Shown here one piece after another: positions 8,293 to 18,914 of a DNA stretch of 64,000 bases (position 1 is its first letter; every line of letters starts with the position of its first letter). Origin of the DNA: Pigmentiphaga sp. Lineage in GTDB: Bacteria; Pseudomonadota; Gammaproteobacteria; Burkholderiales; Burkholderiaceae_B. The DNA is taken from assembly GCA_041678365.1 (NCBI GenBank), contig JBAYOI010000001.1, forward strand, positions 6,153-70,152, read 5' to 3'. A program made the translations under genes and the position numbers. The notes under the pieces are model-generated. The model did not search any database, was not told where the DNA came from, and saw only the letters and a list, made by a program, of their open reading frames with translations.

Positions 8293-9231
8293 TCAGGTCA
8301 TCGTGGTAGTCAACACACCGAGGCCGTCGATGTCCACGCATACGCGGTCACCGGCCTGCAAAAAGGTCTGGGTGGCGCTGCCAACGCCCGCGGGCGTGCC
8401 GGTCAGTACCACATCGCCCGGATACAGCGTCAACACCGAAGACAGCTGCGAAATCTGCTCGGCCACGCTGAAGATCATGTCGCTGGTGTTGGCATCCTGC
8501 TTGATTTGCCCATTCACGCTCAACCGGATGCCCAAGGCCTGTGGATCCGGAACCAATGAGGCAGGCACCAGGCTCGGCCCAACCGGGCTGGACCCGGTAA
8601 AGCATTTATGCGCAAGCCAATCAAAACGAAACGGCGAGCCCGGCTGCACTTGAGGACGGCGACTGAGATCACGCGCCGAAAAATCATTCGCGCAGGCATA
8701 GCCCGCGACGAACCGCAGGGCCTCGTCAAGACTGACCCGCTCGGCTTTCTTGCCGATGATGACGGCCAGTTCCGCCTCCCAATCGACCCGCTGCGACAGC
8801 GCGGGACGTCGGACCACCGCCTCATGGCCAACGGCGCAGACGCGGGAAGGCTTGATGAAATGCCAAGGTTTCTGTCCCGACAGCTTCGGGTCTTCATCCG
8901 GCTCCTGCTGATTGACCCGCGCCATTTCCAGCACATGGCTACGGTAGTTTGCACCGGCGCAATACATGGATCCAAAGGGGTGAAGCGGCGGAAGCAGGCG
9001 CAAGCCGTCCAGACTGGCGCTGCCGGAAAAAGCCAGACGCTGGAAACGCGCCAGGCAGTCCGACCAGTGCTCAAAGCAATGGAAGCGCGGATCAGCGTCC
9101 GCCTGCCCGCACACGTCCGCCACCACGGCGCTCACATCCATCACTTGGTTGCCAAGCGCCAGACCAATCCGGACCGACGCCTCCTGCTCAAAAAAAACCA
9201 CCGCCCATTGCTTCATCGTTTCCTCGTTCAC
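8293..9231 (-). CDS. Fumarylacetoacetate hydrolase family protein
   Basis: CAGANY, DWEAEL, NDFSARD and PGDVVLTGTPAGVG motifs. Confidence 0.9.
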   Translation of the reverse strand: MNEETMKQWAVVFFEQEASVRIGLALGNQVMDVSAVVADVCGQADADPRFHCFEHWSDCLARFQRLAFSGSASLDGLRLLPPLHPFGSMYCAGANYRSHVLEMARVNQQEPDEDPKLSGQKPWHFIKPSRVCAVGHEAVVRRPALSQRVDWEAELAVIIGKKAERVSLDEALRFVAGYACANDFSARDLSRRPQVQPGSPFRFDWLAHKCFTGSSPVGPSLVPASLVPDPQALGIRLSVNGQIKQDANTSDMIFSVAEQISQLSSVLTLYPGDVVLTGTPAGVGSATQTFLQAGDRVCVDIDGLGVLTTTMT

Positions 9232-10178
9232 TCCGGTTTGATATTGGCTTTCTTCACGACCTGTTTCCAGCGCTCGGTATCCTGCTTCACGACCTGCTGC
9301 ATTTCAGCGGGGGTGTTGCCGACCGGCGTGGCCTGCATTTTCACGATTTGCTGATTGACCGACGCTTCCTTGATGACCTGCGCAATGGCTTGGCTGACTT
9401 TGGCAATCGCCTCATCCGGCGTATTGGGCGGCGCCGCGATACCCATCCACGTCATGGATTCATAGCCGGGCACCAGCTCATTGATGGCGGGAACGTCCGG
9501 CAAGAGCTTGCTGCGTGTCGGGCTGCCGACGCCGAGCAGCTTCAGTTTTCCGGACTGAGCCAGCGGCAGAGCCGTAATCAAGTTGTCGAACATGAAGTTG
9601 ACATGTCCCGCCATCAAGTCGGCAATGGCGGGCGCCGTGCCTTTGTACGGCACATGTGTGTACTCGACGTTCGCCATGTCCGCCAGCATGACGGCGCTCA
9701 GGTGTTGGCTGGTGCCTGACCCCGCGCTGGCAAAGGTCGGATTCAGGCTTTTGTCTTTCAAACCGGACAACAGCTCCTTCAGGCTGTTGGGCTTGGCCTG
9801 CGGGGTGGCCAGCAGCACGTTCGGATACGAGGCCAGGATGCTGACGGGCTTGAAGTCCAGCGGCTTGAACGAGACCTTGTAGAGCAGGTCGCTGACGAAG
9901 AAATGCGGCGGCACCACCAGCAGCGTATAGCCATCCGGCTCCGAGCGCGCCACGTGATCCGCACCGATAATTCCGGCGGCGCCCGGCCGGTTGTGGACAA
10001 TGACCGGCACGCCCAGGATGTCCGGCATTTTCTCCGCCACCAGCCGAGGCAGCAGATCCGCCGTGCCGCCCGGCGGATAGGGCACGACGATATTGATCGG
10101 TTTTGTTGGAAAGCTCTGGGCCATTGCGCCCAGCGGCATCAAGGCTGTCAAGGACAGCGCCAACCCCATTTTTTTCAT
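9228..10178 (-). CDS. Bug/TctC substrate-binding protein
   Basis: Signal peptide; VPYPPGGTAD, NRPGAAG and HVPYKG motifs. Confidence 0.92.
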   Translation of the reverse strand: MKKMGLALSLTALMPLGAMAQSFPTKPINIVVPYPPGGTADLLPRLVAEKMPDILGVPVIVHNRPGAAGIIGADHVARSEPDGYTLLVVPPHFFVSDLLYKVSFKPLDFKPVSILASYPNVLLATPQAKPNSLKELLSGLKDKSLNPTFASAGSGTSQHLSAVMLADMANVEYTHVPYKGTAPAIADLMAGHVNFMFDNLITALPLAQSGKLKLLGVGSPTRSKLLPDVPAINELVPGYESMTWMGIAAPPNTPDEAIAKVSQAIAQVIKEASVNQQIVKMQATPVGNTPAEMQQVVKQDTERWKQVVKKANIKPE

Positions 10179-10208
10179 TTGTCTCCTCCTGTCGGTATGC
10201 CGACGTGT

Positions 10209-11423
10209 TTAGTTCCAGGGGCCGAGAAAAACTTCACCGCCATAACTGTCGGATTCGCCTTCCCAGGTTTCCGGCCATTGGTCTTGGTCAAAAGCTTGAC
10301 GCTGGGAAGCCGGGCTGGGACGGCCCTCCCAGCCGATCTGTTCCATCGCGTGATAGAGCTGAATGGCATGCCCGTCCGGATCCAGCGCCATCACGCTCGG
10401 CCCCATCCCCGGAAACAACTCGGGCGGCAAGGTTTTGAGCTGGACACCCTGCTCCCGCAGAAAACCCAGGGCCTGCTTCAACTGGGCGTAGTTGGCCAGC
10501 TGGAAACCGAACGAAAAGGTGGTGGTGTGCGGGCTCATCCCCAACGCCTCCCGCAAGGCCTTCGGATACAGGGCAATAACGTGATGATCCGTGTTGGCGC
10601 GCAGAAAAACGCAGGCATGTCCCTGGTACTCGATGGTTTCCGTCACCCGCAGGCCCAAGTCATCACGGTAAAAGGCCAGCGCCTTCTCCACATCGTTGAC
10701 GAACAAACGAACCGGACCCATCTTGACCACCTTGAATGGCCGGGCCAGCAGAATGCCGTCCACGTCATGAGTTTCCGGCAGGGCTTCCACATGCCGATAG
10801 CCCTGCTCCACTTCAACCCCTTGCTCCAGCGCGCGATTCACTTCCTGCTCTTCGGAGTGATGCGGCAAGGCGGGCGGTTTTTCATAGCGGGTCGAATGCA
10901 GCACGCGAGGCTTGGAATGGCCGCTCCACCCGATCTGCTCTATGCCATAGAACAATTCATTGACGTGTCCATCCGGATCGGGCGGGTAGAAGTGCCAGTT
11001 GGATCCCGGGATATCCCTGCCCGCCCGCAAAACCTTGCGACCGGTTTCCTCAAACCATTGATGGCCATCCAGCACTTCCCTCAAGCTGCCGACCTGCCAG
11101 GTAATCTGGTTCGAGGTGTTTTCCGGGCAGCTCTTATAGTGCGGATTCAGCACGTCCATGACTTTCTTCGGAAACAGGACAAAAGCGTGGTGTTCGGTAC
11201 CGTGGCGCATGAAGTAGCCTTTGCTGTGCCCCACCCGCTCACGGTCTTCTTCTTTCAGGCGCGGCCCGAAATCCAGTGGATCCGAGACTTTCATGCCCAG
11301 CAGATCACGATAGAAGCGCAAGGCGCTGACCGGATCGGTAACGTTATAGCCAAAGTGCCCCAGGCGGCGAATCCGAAAAGGCTGTGCCAGGCGGACGCCC
11401 CCCACCTCAAAACTCTGCTTCAT
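10209..11423 (-). CDS. VOC/glyoxalase superfamily protein (extradiol dioxygenase-like, duplicated halves)
   Basis: RRLGHFG, FYRDLLG, EHH and DPDGHVNE in the first half; FYRDDLG, DHH and DPDGHAIQ in the second. Confidence 0.8.
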   Translation of the reverse strand: MKQSFEVGGVRLAQPFRIRRLGHFGYNVTDPVSALRFYRDLLGMKVSDPLDFGPRLKEEDRERVGHSKGYFMRHGTEHHAFVLFPKKVMDVLNPHYKSCPENTSNQITWQVGSLREVLDGHQWFEETGRKVLRAGRDIPGSNWHFYPPDPDGHVNELFYGIEQIGWSGHSKPRVLHSTRYEKPPALPHHSEEQEVNRALEQGVEVEQGYRHVEALPETHDVDGILLARPFKVVKMGPVRLFVNDVEKALAFYRDDLGLRVTETIEYQGHACVFLRANTDHHVIALYPKALREALGMSPHTTTFSFGFQLANYAQLKQALGFLREQGVQLKTLPPELFPGMGPSVMALDPDGHAIQLYHAMEQIGWEGRPSPASQRQAFDQDQWPETWEGESDSYGGEVFLGPWN

Positions 11424-11642
11424 GACTGGTCCTGAATTCCCGATTATTAATCAGACGTCTGTCTATTTTTAAAATCCTAAATCCTCGGAACAGGATATGT
11501 CAAACGAACAATCGGCGATCTAGGGTAATCCGCAGGAATGGGAAGGGAGAGAGGAGAGGAGGCACGTGCCCTCGGCCACTTGGCCGAGGCAAATCGGAAG
11601 GAAAGAGACGCGTAAACAGCAGTTTGCCGGGCGCGCCCGGAC

Positions 11643-12464
11643 TCAGCCGAATACCTCTTCAATACGCTGCGCATCAAGCATCCGCAAGGTCCAGCGATTC
11701 AGTTCCGCTTGATCTGCCTGCTGCATGCGGGCCCGGGCCCAGTCGGGTAAAGCGCCGAACTTGTGAAGGATCAGTGCTGTCAAGGTATTGACAGCACCTT
11801 GAGCAAGACCTTTCTCAAGACCTTGCTCCAGTCCTTTCTCATGCCCTTTCTGCTCCGCTTCATGGCGGGCGTAAGCAAGAATGTCTTCGGCGTCGATACG
11901 TGATTGTTCCAGCCGCTCGGCGGCCATGCGCAATTCTTCATCGGAGTACAGCGTTTCCAGTTGCTTCAGTGCTTCTTTGACAGGAGGATGGGTAATCGTG
12001 CTCATGGCGGCCTCGTCCAGATTGTGCAACAGGCAAGTGATCCAGGCTTGCAGCGGCGTGGCTAAGGCCTGCTGTTTCTCAGCCTTGCGTAATTCAATTA
12101 TATGCACTTGCAGCACTTGACCCAACTGCACCGCGGGGCGCGCATCGTCCCGCAGGGTGAAACGCCAGCACGCTTTGTCGGGATGCTCGTTGAACAGGTC
12201 ATGGACGAGCAAGCTGATGCCGATGGTCGGCTTCAACTCGCGATAGTCCTGACCGGCTTGCAACTGCCCCGCCAGACTGCGCGCCACGCCGTAGATATTG
12301 CGCTGCGGCCAATGCAGGAAACGCTGCAATTGCATTTCTATGGCCAGACGCTGTCCTTCAGCGTCCTCCGCCAGAATGTCCAACACGATGTTTTTACCGG
12401 TCAGGTCCGCAGGCAGAATGTTCGGGTTCAACACGCGTTGAACCGTGATCGGCGGCGCGGGATG
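11643..12464 (-). pseudogene. Rpn family PD-(D/E)XK nuclease, probably 5'-truncated, with DUF4351-like C-terminus
   Basis: LDILAED...IEMQ nuclease motif, HIIEL, EKGLEQGLEKG repeats and KFGALP...W C-terminal domain. The family N-terminal segment is absent and there is no in-frame ATG before the TGA at 12525-12527. Confidence 0.75.
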
Positions 12465-12491
12465 CTTTTTTCCTTGGGAGCGGCCCGGCGG

Positions 12492-12525
12492 AAAAAAACC
12501 GGCCCTGTTTTCACAGGAGCCGGTT
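12492..12525 (-). terminator. Intrinsic terminator downstream of acnB
   Basis: Minus strand reads AACCGGCTCCTGT-GAAA-ACAGGGCCGG followed by T7. Confidence 0.8.
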
Positions 12526-12552
12526 CAGCGTACAACGTGGAGCCGCAGGCGC

Positions 12553-15138
12553 TTAGAGCTGAACCTGATCCGCCACTTCCTTGAAGTCTTCGATCTGATC
12601 GAAGTTCATGTAGCGGTAGATCTCGCTTTCGCTGGCACTCAGCACGCCAGCTTCAGCCATGTACTCTTCCTTGGTCGGGATGCGGCCCAGGCGTGAGCAG
12701 ATGGCGGCCAGCTCGGCCGAACCGAGGTAGACGAAGGTGTTCTTGCCCAGACGGTTCGGGAAGTTACGGGTGGACGTGGACATGACGGTGGCGCCTTCGC
12801 GCACCTGCGCCTGGTTGCCCATGCACAGCGAGCAGCCCGGCATTTCCATCCGCGCGCCCGCAGAACCCAGCACACCATAGTGGCCTTCTTCGGTCAGTTG
12901 CTTCTGGTCCATCTTGGTGGGCGGAGCCACCCACAGTTTGACCGGGATGTCGCGCTTGCCTTCCAGCAGCTTGGACGCGGCGCGGAAGTGGCCAATGTTG
13001 GTCATGCAGCTGCCGATGAAGACTTCATCAATCGCGGCGCCCGCCACATCGGACAGCGTCTTGACATCGTCCGGGTCATTCGGGCAAGCCACCAGCGGCT
13101 CGGTGACCTCAGCCAGATCGATCTCAATCACTTCCGTGTACTCGGCGTCGGCATCCGGCTCCAGCAATTGCGGATCGGCCAGCCAGGCTTCCATGGCCTG
13201 GATGCGGCGGGCGATCGAGCGCTTGTCTTCGTAGCCGTTGGCGATCATCCACTTCAGCAAGGTGATGTTGCTGTTGATGTACTCAATGATCGGCTCTTTG
13301 TTCAGGCGAACGGTACAACCGGCTGCGGAACGCTCGGCCGAGGCGTCGGACAGCTCGAACGCCTGTTCGACTTTCAGGTCCGGCAAACCTTCAATTTCCA
13401 GAATGCGGCCGGAGAAGATGTTCTTCTTGCCTTTCTTCTCAACCGTGAGCAGGCCTTTCTTGATGGCGTAGAACGGGATGGCGTTGACCAGGTCGCGCAG
13501 CGTGACGCCCGGCTGCATTTTGCCTTTGAAGCGCACCAGCACCGACTCCGGCATGTCCAGCGGCATCACGCCGGTGGCGGCGGCAAAGGCCACCAGGCCG
13601 GAACCGGCCGGGAAGCTGATGCCGATCGGGAAACGGGTGTGCGAGTCACCGCCGGTGCCGACGGTGTCCGGCAACAGCATGCGGTTCAGCCAGGAGTGGA
13701 TCACGCCGTCACCCGGGCGCAGCGAGATGCCGCCGCGCGTGCTGATGAAGGCAGGCAGCGTATGGTGAGTCTTGACGTCGACCGGCTTCGGATACGCGGC
13801 CGTGTGGCAGAAGGACTGCATCACGAGGTCAGCCGTAAAGCCCAGGCAAGCCAGGTCTTTCAGCTCATCACGCGTCATCGGACCGGTGGTGTCCTGCGAA
13901 CCGACCGAGGTCATCTTGGGTTCGCAATAGGTGCCCGGACGAATGCCTTCGCCTTCCGGCAGACCGCAAGCGCGGCCGACCATTTTCTGGGCCAGCGTGA
14001 AGCCTTTGCCGGTGTCGGCCGGGTTTTTCGGCAGGCGGAACAGCGTGGACGGCGGCAGACCCAGCGCTTCACGCGCCTTGCCGGTCAGGCCGCGGCCGAT
14101 GATCAGCGGAATGCGGCCGCCCGCGCGGACTTCATCAAACAGCACGTCGGATTTCAACTCAAACGTGGTGATGACTTCACCGTTCTTCAGCGCCTTGCCT
14201 TCGTACGGACGCAGCTCGATGACGTCGCCCATTTCCATTTGCGAGACGTCGAGTTCAATGGGCAGCGCGCCGGCATCTTCCATCGTGTTGTAGAAAATGG
14301 GGGCGATCTTGGTGCCCAGGCAGACGCCGCCGAAACGCTTGTTCGGCACGAAGGGGATGTCTTCACCGGTCCACCACAACACCGAGTTGGTGGCGGACTT
14401 GCGCGACGAACCGGTACCAACCACGTCGCCGACGTAGGCAACCAGGTTGCCTTTTTCTTTCAGGCCGGTGATCAGGCTGATCGGGCCGGTCTTGCCCGGC
14501 TCCTGGGGCTCGATGCCCGGGCGCGGGTTTTTCAGCATGGCCAGCGCATGCAGCGGGATGTCCGGACGGCTCCACGCGTCAGGCGCGGGAGACAGGTCAT
14601 CCGTGTTGGTTTCGCCGGTCACCTTGAAGACGGTCAGCGTCAGGCTCTCGGGCACTTCAGGACGGCTGGTGAACCACTCGGCGTCCGCCCAGCTTTGTAG
14701 CACGGCTTTGGCCTGCGCATTGCCCTGGTCCGCTTTTTCCTTCACGTCATGGAAGGAGTCGAACATCAGCAGGGTGTGCTTCAGGCCGTTGGCGGCGACT
14801 TCAGCCAGTTCCGGCTTGTCCAGCAGCTCAATCAGCGGGCCGATGTTGTAGCCGCCCAGCATGGTGCCCAGCAGTTCAGTGGCCTTGGCTGGGCTGATCA
14901 GCGCACAGGTTTCCGTGCCGAGCGCGACGGCGGCCAGGTACGAGGCCTTGACCTTGGCGGCGTCATCAACGCCCGCGGGAACACGGTGGGTCAGCAAATC
15001 AAGCAGGAAACCCTCTTCGCCTGCCGGCGGGTTCTTGATCAGCTCGATCAGGTCTGCCGTTTGCTGCGCGGACAGCGGCAGCGGAGGAATGCCAAGCGCC
15101 TCGCGCTCGGCAACATGTTGACGATAAGATTGAAGCAT
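12553..15138 (-). CDS. acnB: Bifunctional aconitate hydratase 2 / 2-methylisocitrate dehydratase
   Basis: [13 protein letters not shown] start, [32 protein letters not shown] and [10 protein letters not shown]. Confidence 0.97.
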   Translation of the reverse strand: MLQSYRQHVAEREALGIPPLPLSAQQTADLIELIKNPPAGEEGFLLDLLTHRVPAGVDDAAKVKASYLAAVALGTETCALISPAKATELLGTMLGGYNIGPLIELLDKPELAEVAANGLKHTLLMFDSFHDVKEKADQGNAQAKAVLQSWADAEWFTSRPEVPESLTLTVFKVTGETNTDDLSPAPDAWSRPDIPLHALAMLKNPRPGIEPQEPGKTGPISLITGLKEKGNLVAYVGDVVGTGSSRKSATNSVLWWTGEDIPFVPNKRFGGVCLGTKIAPIFYNTMEDAGALPIELDVSQMEMGDVIELRPYEGKALKNGEVITTFELKSDVLFDEVRAGGRIPLIIGRGLTGKAREALGLPPSTLFRLPKNPADTGKGFTLAQKMVGRACGLPEGEGIRPGTYCEPKMTSVGSQDTTGPMTRDELKDLACLGFTADLVMQSFCHTAAYPKPVDVKTHHTLPAFISTRGGISLRPGDGVIHSWLNRMLLPDTVGTGGDSHTRFPIGISFPAGSGLVAFAAATGVMPLDMPESVLVRFKGKMQPGVTLRDLVNAIPFYAIKKGLLTVEKKGKKNIFSGRILEIEGLPDLKVEQAFELSDASAERSAAGCTVRLNKEPIIEYINSNITLLKWMIANGYEDKRSIARRIQAMEAWLADPQLLEPDADAEYTEVIEIDLAEVTEPLVACPNDPDDVKTLSDVAGAAIDEVFIGSCMTNIGHFRAASKLLEGKRDIPVKLWVAPPTKMDQKQLTEEGHYGVLGSAGARMEMPGCSLCMGNQAQVREGATVMSTSTRNFPNRLGKNTFVYLGSAELAAICSRLGRIPTKEEYMAEAGVLSASESEIYRYMNFDQIEDFKEVADQVQL

Positions 15139-15209
15139 GTAAGTGTCCCGATAATAGAAGGGAAGAGCCAGTGGATAGATTGTAGACGCGGTCGGCCTGA
15201 GCTGCAAGC

Positions 15210-15230
15210 GTCTTATATCTTATATAAGAC
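15210..15230. promoter_or_regulatory. Putative GntR-family TCA-cycle regulator (SdhR-like) operator
   Basis: Quasi-palindrome GTCTTATATCTTATATAAGAC upstream of acnB. Resembles the TCTTATGTCTTATATAAGA motif I recall for betaproteobacterial TCA genes. Confidence 0.7.
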
Positions 15231-15282
15231 TTAAACCCCGCCCCCACCCAGCGCAAGCCGGGGCCTCCGAGCTGGATAGTGC

Positions 15283-16206
15283 ATGGAATTACGTCAACTC
15301 AAGTATTTCGTCCGCGTGGTTGAATTGGGCAGCATGGGAAAAGCCGCCCGCGAGCTGGGCGTCGTGACCTCGGCGCTGAGCCAGCAAATCAGCCGTCTTG
15401 AGAGCGAACTCTCAACCCGCCTGCTGCAGCGCACCAGCCAGGGCGTCTTTCCCACCGAGGCCGGGCTGGCCTTCTGGCGACAGGCGCAGCTCGCGCTGCG
15501 GCATGCCGACAACGCCGTCCTGGCCGCGCGCGACGCCCGCCTGACCGGCCGGGTCAGCGTCGGTTTCAGCCCGACCACCGCCTCCTTGCTGGCACGGCCT
15601 TTTTTCACCGCCATGCGGGAGCGCTATCCGGATATCCGGCTACATCTGGTGGAAACCCTGTCCGGCCACTCCAGCACGATGCTGCATCGCCGCCAGCTTG
15701 ACCTGGCCGTGCTGTTCAAGGCTGAGAACCCATTAAACTGGAGCGTGACCCCCATTCTGGACGAAGCGCTCTTTCTGCTGGTGTGCCCCGGTATTCTCGA
15801 CGTCCCGGACGGCCAGCCCATCCATTTGAGCCAGGCCCGCGACCTGCCGCTGGCCATGACCACCGCCGCCCATGATCTGCGGCGGCTGACCGACGAAGCC
15901 TATGCCCGCGCACTGCTCGAGCCCCGCATTGCGGTGGAGGTGGACGGACTGACCACGCTGATGGATCTGGTCATGGACTCGGAGATTGCCACCATCCAGC
16001 CCGGCGCGGCGGTGCACCGCGCCTTTTCGTCCTCCCTGCACCGCCATCCGATCAATGACGCCGAGCTCTACCGGCGCAATGTGCTGGTCAGCGTGTCCGA
16101 CGACGAACTCGCGCCCGCGGCGCTGGCCGCCCGCGTCGTGCTGGCCGACGTCATGCGCAGGCTGGTGGAGGAAGGCCACTGGCCGGGCGCCACCCTTCAC
16201 AAATAA
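15283..16206 (+). CDS. tcuR: LysR regulator of tricarballylate utilisation
   Basis: MELRQLKYF HTH, SALSQQISRLESELSTRLLQRT, HWPGA C-terminus. Directly upstream of tcuA. Confidence 0.85.
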   Translation: MELRQLKYFVRVVELGSMGKAARELGVVTSALSQQISRLESELSTRLLQRTSQGVFPTEAGLAFWRQAQLALRHADNAVLAARDARLTGRVSVGFSPTTASLLARPFFTAMRERYPDIRLHLVETLSGHSSTMLHRRQLDLAVLFKAENPLNWSVTPILDEALFLLVCPGILDVPDGQPIHLSQARDLPLAMTTAAHDLRRLTDEAYARALLEPRIAVEVDGLTTLMDLVMDSEIATIQPGAAVHRAFSSSLHRHPINDAELYRRNVLVSVSDDELAPAALAARVVLADVMRRLVEEGHWPGATLHK

Positions 16207-16301
16207 TAAAGACCTATTTCACCATTACTAACTACCCGCCCCGGATCTAACTCCGTACAGTTTCCGTATCTCATTCACTCCCATCCTGAGGCGGACAAGT
16301 C

Positions 16302-17708
16302 ATGGTCGATGTACTGGTCATCGGGGGCGGCAATGCGGCGCTGTGCGCGGCGCTGATGGCGCGCGAAGCGGGTGCCAGCGTGCAGCTGCTCGAAGCGGCG
16401 CCGCGCGCCTGGCGAGGCGGCAACTCCCAACACACGCGCAATCTGCGCTGCATGCACGATGAACCGCAGGACGTGCTGGTTGACGCCTATCCTGAGGAAG
16501 AGTTCTGGCAGGACTTGCTGAAGGTCACCGGCGGCGCCACCCATGAACAGCTGGCGCGCCGCGTGATCCGCGACTCATCCACCTGTCGGGGCTGGATGCG
16601 CAAGCACGGCGTCAACTTCCAGCCCTCGCTGGCGGGCACCTTGCACCTGGCACGCACCAACGCGTTTTTCATGGGTGGGGGCAAGGCCCTGGTCAACGCC
16701 TACTTCCGCAGCGCCGAACAGCTCGGTGTGGAGATCCGCTATGACACGCCCATTGACCGGCTCGAACTCGACGGCAGCCGCTTCGTCGCGGCCTACTGCG
16801 GCGATCAGCGCTTTGAGGCGCGCACCTGTGTCCTCGCCGCCGGGGGCTTCGAGTCCAATCTTGAATGGCAGCGCGAGGCCTGGGGACAGAACGAGCGCGG
16901 CGAATGGCCCGCGGAAAACTTCCTGATCCGCGGCACCCGCTTCAACCAGGGCGTGCTGCTGAAGTTCATGATGGAAGCGGGCGCGGACATCATTGGCGAT
17001 CCCACCCAGGCGCACTGCGTGGCGATCGACGCCCGCGCGCCCCTGTATGACGGCGGCATCTGTACTCGCATCGATTGCGTATCGCTCGGCATCGTCGTGA
17101 ACCGCAACGCCGAACGCTTCTACGACGAAGGCGAGGATTTCTGGCCGAAGCGCTATGCCATCTGGGGCCGCCTGGTAGCGCATCAGCCCGGCCAGATCGC
17201 CTGGTCCATCATCGATGCCAAGGCGGTCGGCCGCTTCATGCCGCCGGTCTTCCCCGGCATGAGTGCAAACACGATTCCCGAACTGGCCCAGCAGATCGGC
17301 ATTGACAGTGCCCAGCTCGTCAATACCGTGGACACTTTCAATGCCGCGTGCCGCGGCAGCGGGTTCGATCACACCGTGCTGGATGGCTGTCACACCGAGG
17401 GCCTGACCCCGTCGAAAACCCATTGGGCCCGCCCGCTGGATACCCCGCCGTTCTATGCCTATCCGGTGCGCCCCGGCATCACCTTCACCTATCTGGGCCT
17501 GAAGGTGAATGAGGACGCCGCCGTGCACTTCAACGGCGCGCCCAGCGAAAACCTGTTCGTGGCCGGAGAGATGATGGCCGGCAACGTGCTGGGCAAGGGC
17601 TATACCGCCGGCGTCGGCATGTCGATCGGCACGGCGTTCGGCCGCATTGCGGGCACCCAGGCTGCCAGGGCAGCCCTCCACTCACAGGAGATCAAACGTG
17701 CGAGTTGA
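16302..17708 (+). CDS. tcuA: FAD-dependent tricarballylate dehydrogenase
   Basis: [41 protein letters not shown] and [13 protein letters not shown]. Confidence 0.95.
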   Translation: MVDVLVIGGGNAALCAALMAREAGASVQLLEAAPRAWRGGNSQHTRNLRCMHDEPQDVLVDAYPEEEFWQDLLKVTGGATHEQLARRVIRDSSTCRGWMRKHGVNFQPSLAGTLHLARTNAFFMGGGKALVNAYFRSAEQLGVEIRYDTPIDRLELDGSRFVAAYCGDQRFEARTCVLAAGGFESNLEWQREAWGQNERGEWPAENFLIRGTRFNQGVLLKFMMEAGADIIGDPTQAHCVAIDARAPLYDGGICTRIDCVSLGIVVNRNAERFYDEGEDFWPKRYAIWGRLVAHQPGQIAWSIIDAKAVGRFMPPVFPGMSANTIPELAQQIGIDSAQLVNTVDTFNAACRGSGFDHTVLDGCHTEGLTPSKTHWARPLDTPPFYAYPVRPGITFTYLGLKVNEDAAVHFNGAPSENLFVAGEMMAGNVLGKGYTAGVGMSIGTAFGRIAGTQAARAALHSQEIKRAS

Positions 17709-18900
17709 TTCCTCAAGTCTGGCCAAGTCCAGCATCAATCCGGCCATCGGACCGTCCTTCAAAGGCATCGCCATCACCACCGATCTGTCTGGCGACGCCC
17801 GCAGCGCGCCCGAGCAGGAGGTCCAGCGACAATTGCAGATCTGCAATGCCTGCCGCTATTGCGAAGGGTTCTGCGGCGTGTTCCAGGCCATGACCCGCCG
17901 TCTGGAGTTCGGCAAGGCCGACATCCACTACCTGGCCAATCTGTGCCACAACTGCGGCGCCTGTCTGCATGCCTGTCAGTACGCGCCGCCGCATGAATTC
18001 GGCGTCAACGTACCGCAGGCCATGGCCGAAGTCCGCATGCAGACCTATACGGATTTTGCCTGGCCCGCCCCGCTCGGCAAGCTGTATGCGCGCAATGGCC
18101 TGACGCTCGCGCTGGCAACCGGCATCGGACTGGCGCTGTTTCTGGCCTTGATGATGCTGATGAACCAGGGCAGCCTGGTTCACCCGCCGCTGAACGGCGA
18201 CTTCTACGCGGTCTTCCCGCACAATCTGCTGGTGCTCATGTTCGGCTCCGTCTTCGTGCTGGCGGTGATCGCGCTCGGGGTCGGCGTCGTGCGCTTCTGG
18301 CGCGGCATCCGCGACGGCGTGGTCAGCGTGCCGGCCGCGTCGGAGGCGGTGCACAACGTCCTGAAGCTGAAATACCTGGACGGCGGCCATGGCAAAGGCT
18401 GCAATGATGAAGACGACGCCTACACGCTCCGGCGGCGGCGTTTCCACCACTTCACGTTTTACGGATTCATGCTGTGCTTTGCCGCCACGTGTGTTGCCAC
18501 GCTCTATCACTACGTCTGGGATCTGCCCGCGCCCTATGCCTGGAACAGCCTGCCGGTGATCCTCGGCACGGCGGGCGGCGTCGGCTTGCTGATCGGCCCT
18601 GCCGGGCTGTTCTGGCTGAACCTGCGCCGCGACCCGGCCCATGGCGACGTCAAGCAGCGCCCGATGGACCGCGGCTTCATCGCGCTGCTGTTCTTCGTCA
18701 GCCTGACCGGCCTGGTGCTGCTGTTCGGCCGCAACACCGGCTATATGGGCTTGCTGCTGGCCATTCACCTCGGCATGGTCATGGCGTTTTTCCTGACCCT
18801 GCCCTACAGCAAGTTCGCCCATGGCTTTTATCGCAGCGCCGCGCTGCTGAAATGGTCGATTGAAAAACGCCTGCCCAACAAGCTCGGGCTGAGCGATTGA
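17698..18900 (+). CDS. tcuB: Tricarballylate utilisation 4Fe-4S membrane protein
   Basis: [11 protein letters not shown] and [11 protein letters not shown] clusters, transmembrane helices, [11 protein letters not shown] start at 17698 after AGGAG. Confidence 0.93.
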   Translation: MRVDSSSLAKSSINPAIGPSFKGIAITTDLSGDARSAPEQEVQRQLQICNACRYCEGFCGVFQAMTRRLEFGKADIHYLANLCHNCGACLHACQYAPPHEFGVNVPQAMAEVRMQTYTDFAWPAPLGKLYARNGLTLALATGIGLALFLALMMLMNQGSLVHPPLNGDFYAVFPHNLLVLMFGSVFVLAVIALGVGVVRFWRGIRDGVVSVPAASEAVHNVLKLKYLDGGHGKGCNDEDDAYTLRRRRFHHFTFYGFMLCFAATCVATLYHYVWDLPAPYAWNSLPVILGTAGGVGLLIGPAGLFWLNLRRDPAHGDVKQRPMDRGFIALLFFVSLTGLVLLFGRNTGYMGLLLAIHLGMVMAFFLTLPYSKFAHGFYRSAALLKWSIEKRLPNKLGLSD

Positions 18901-18914
18901 AAAGGAGGACCCCC

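Noticed and set aside
11452-11461. Palindrome CAGACGTCTG upstream of the VOC gene
   Set aside because: Only 10 bp with no adjacent regulator to tie it to; plausible but unsupported.
12880-14700. 606-aa plus-strand ORF, and many similar long antisense ORFs (e.g. 1019-2515, 9903-11435)
   Set aside because: Shadow frames opposite well-supported genes in high-GC DNA; no recognisable motifs.
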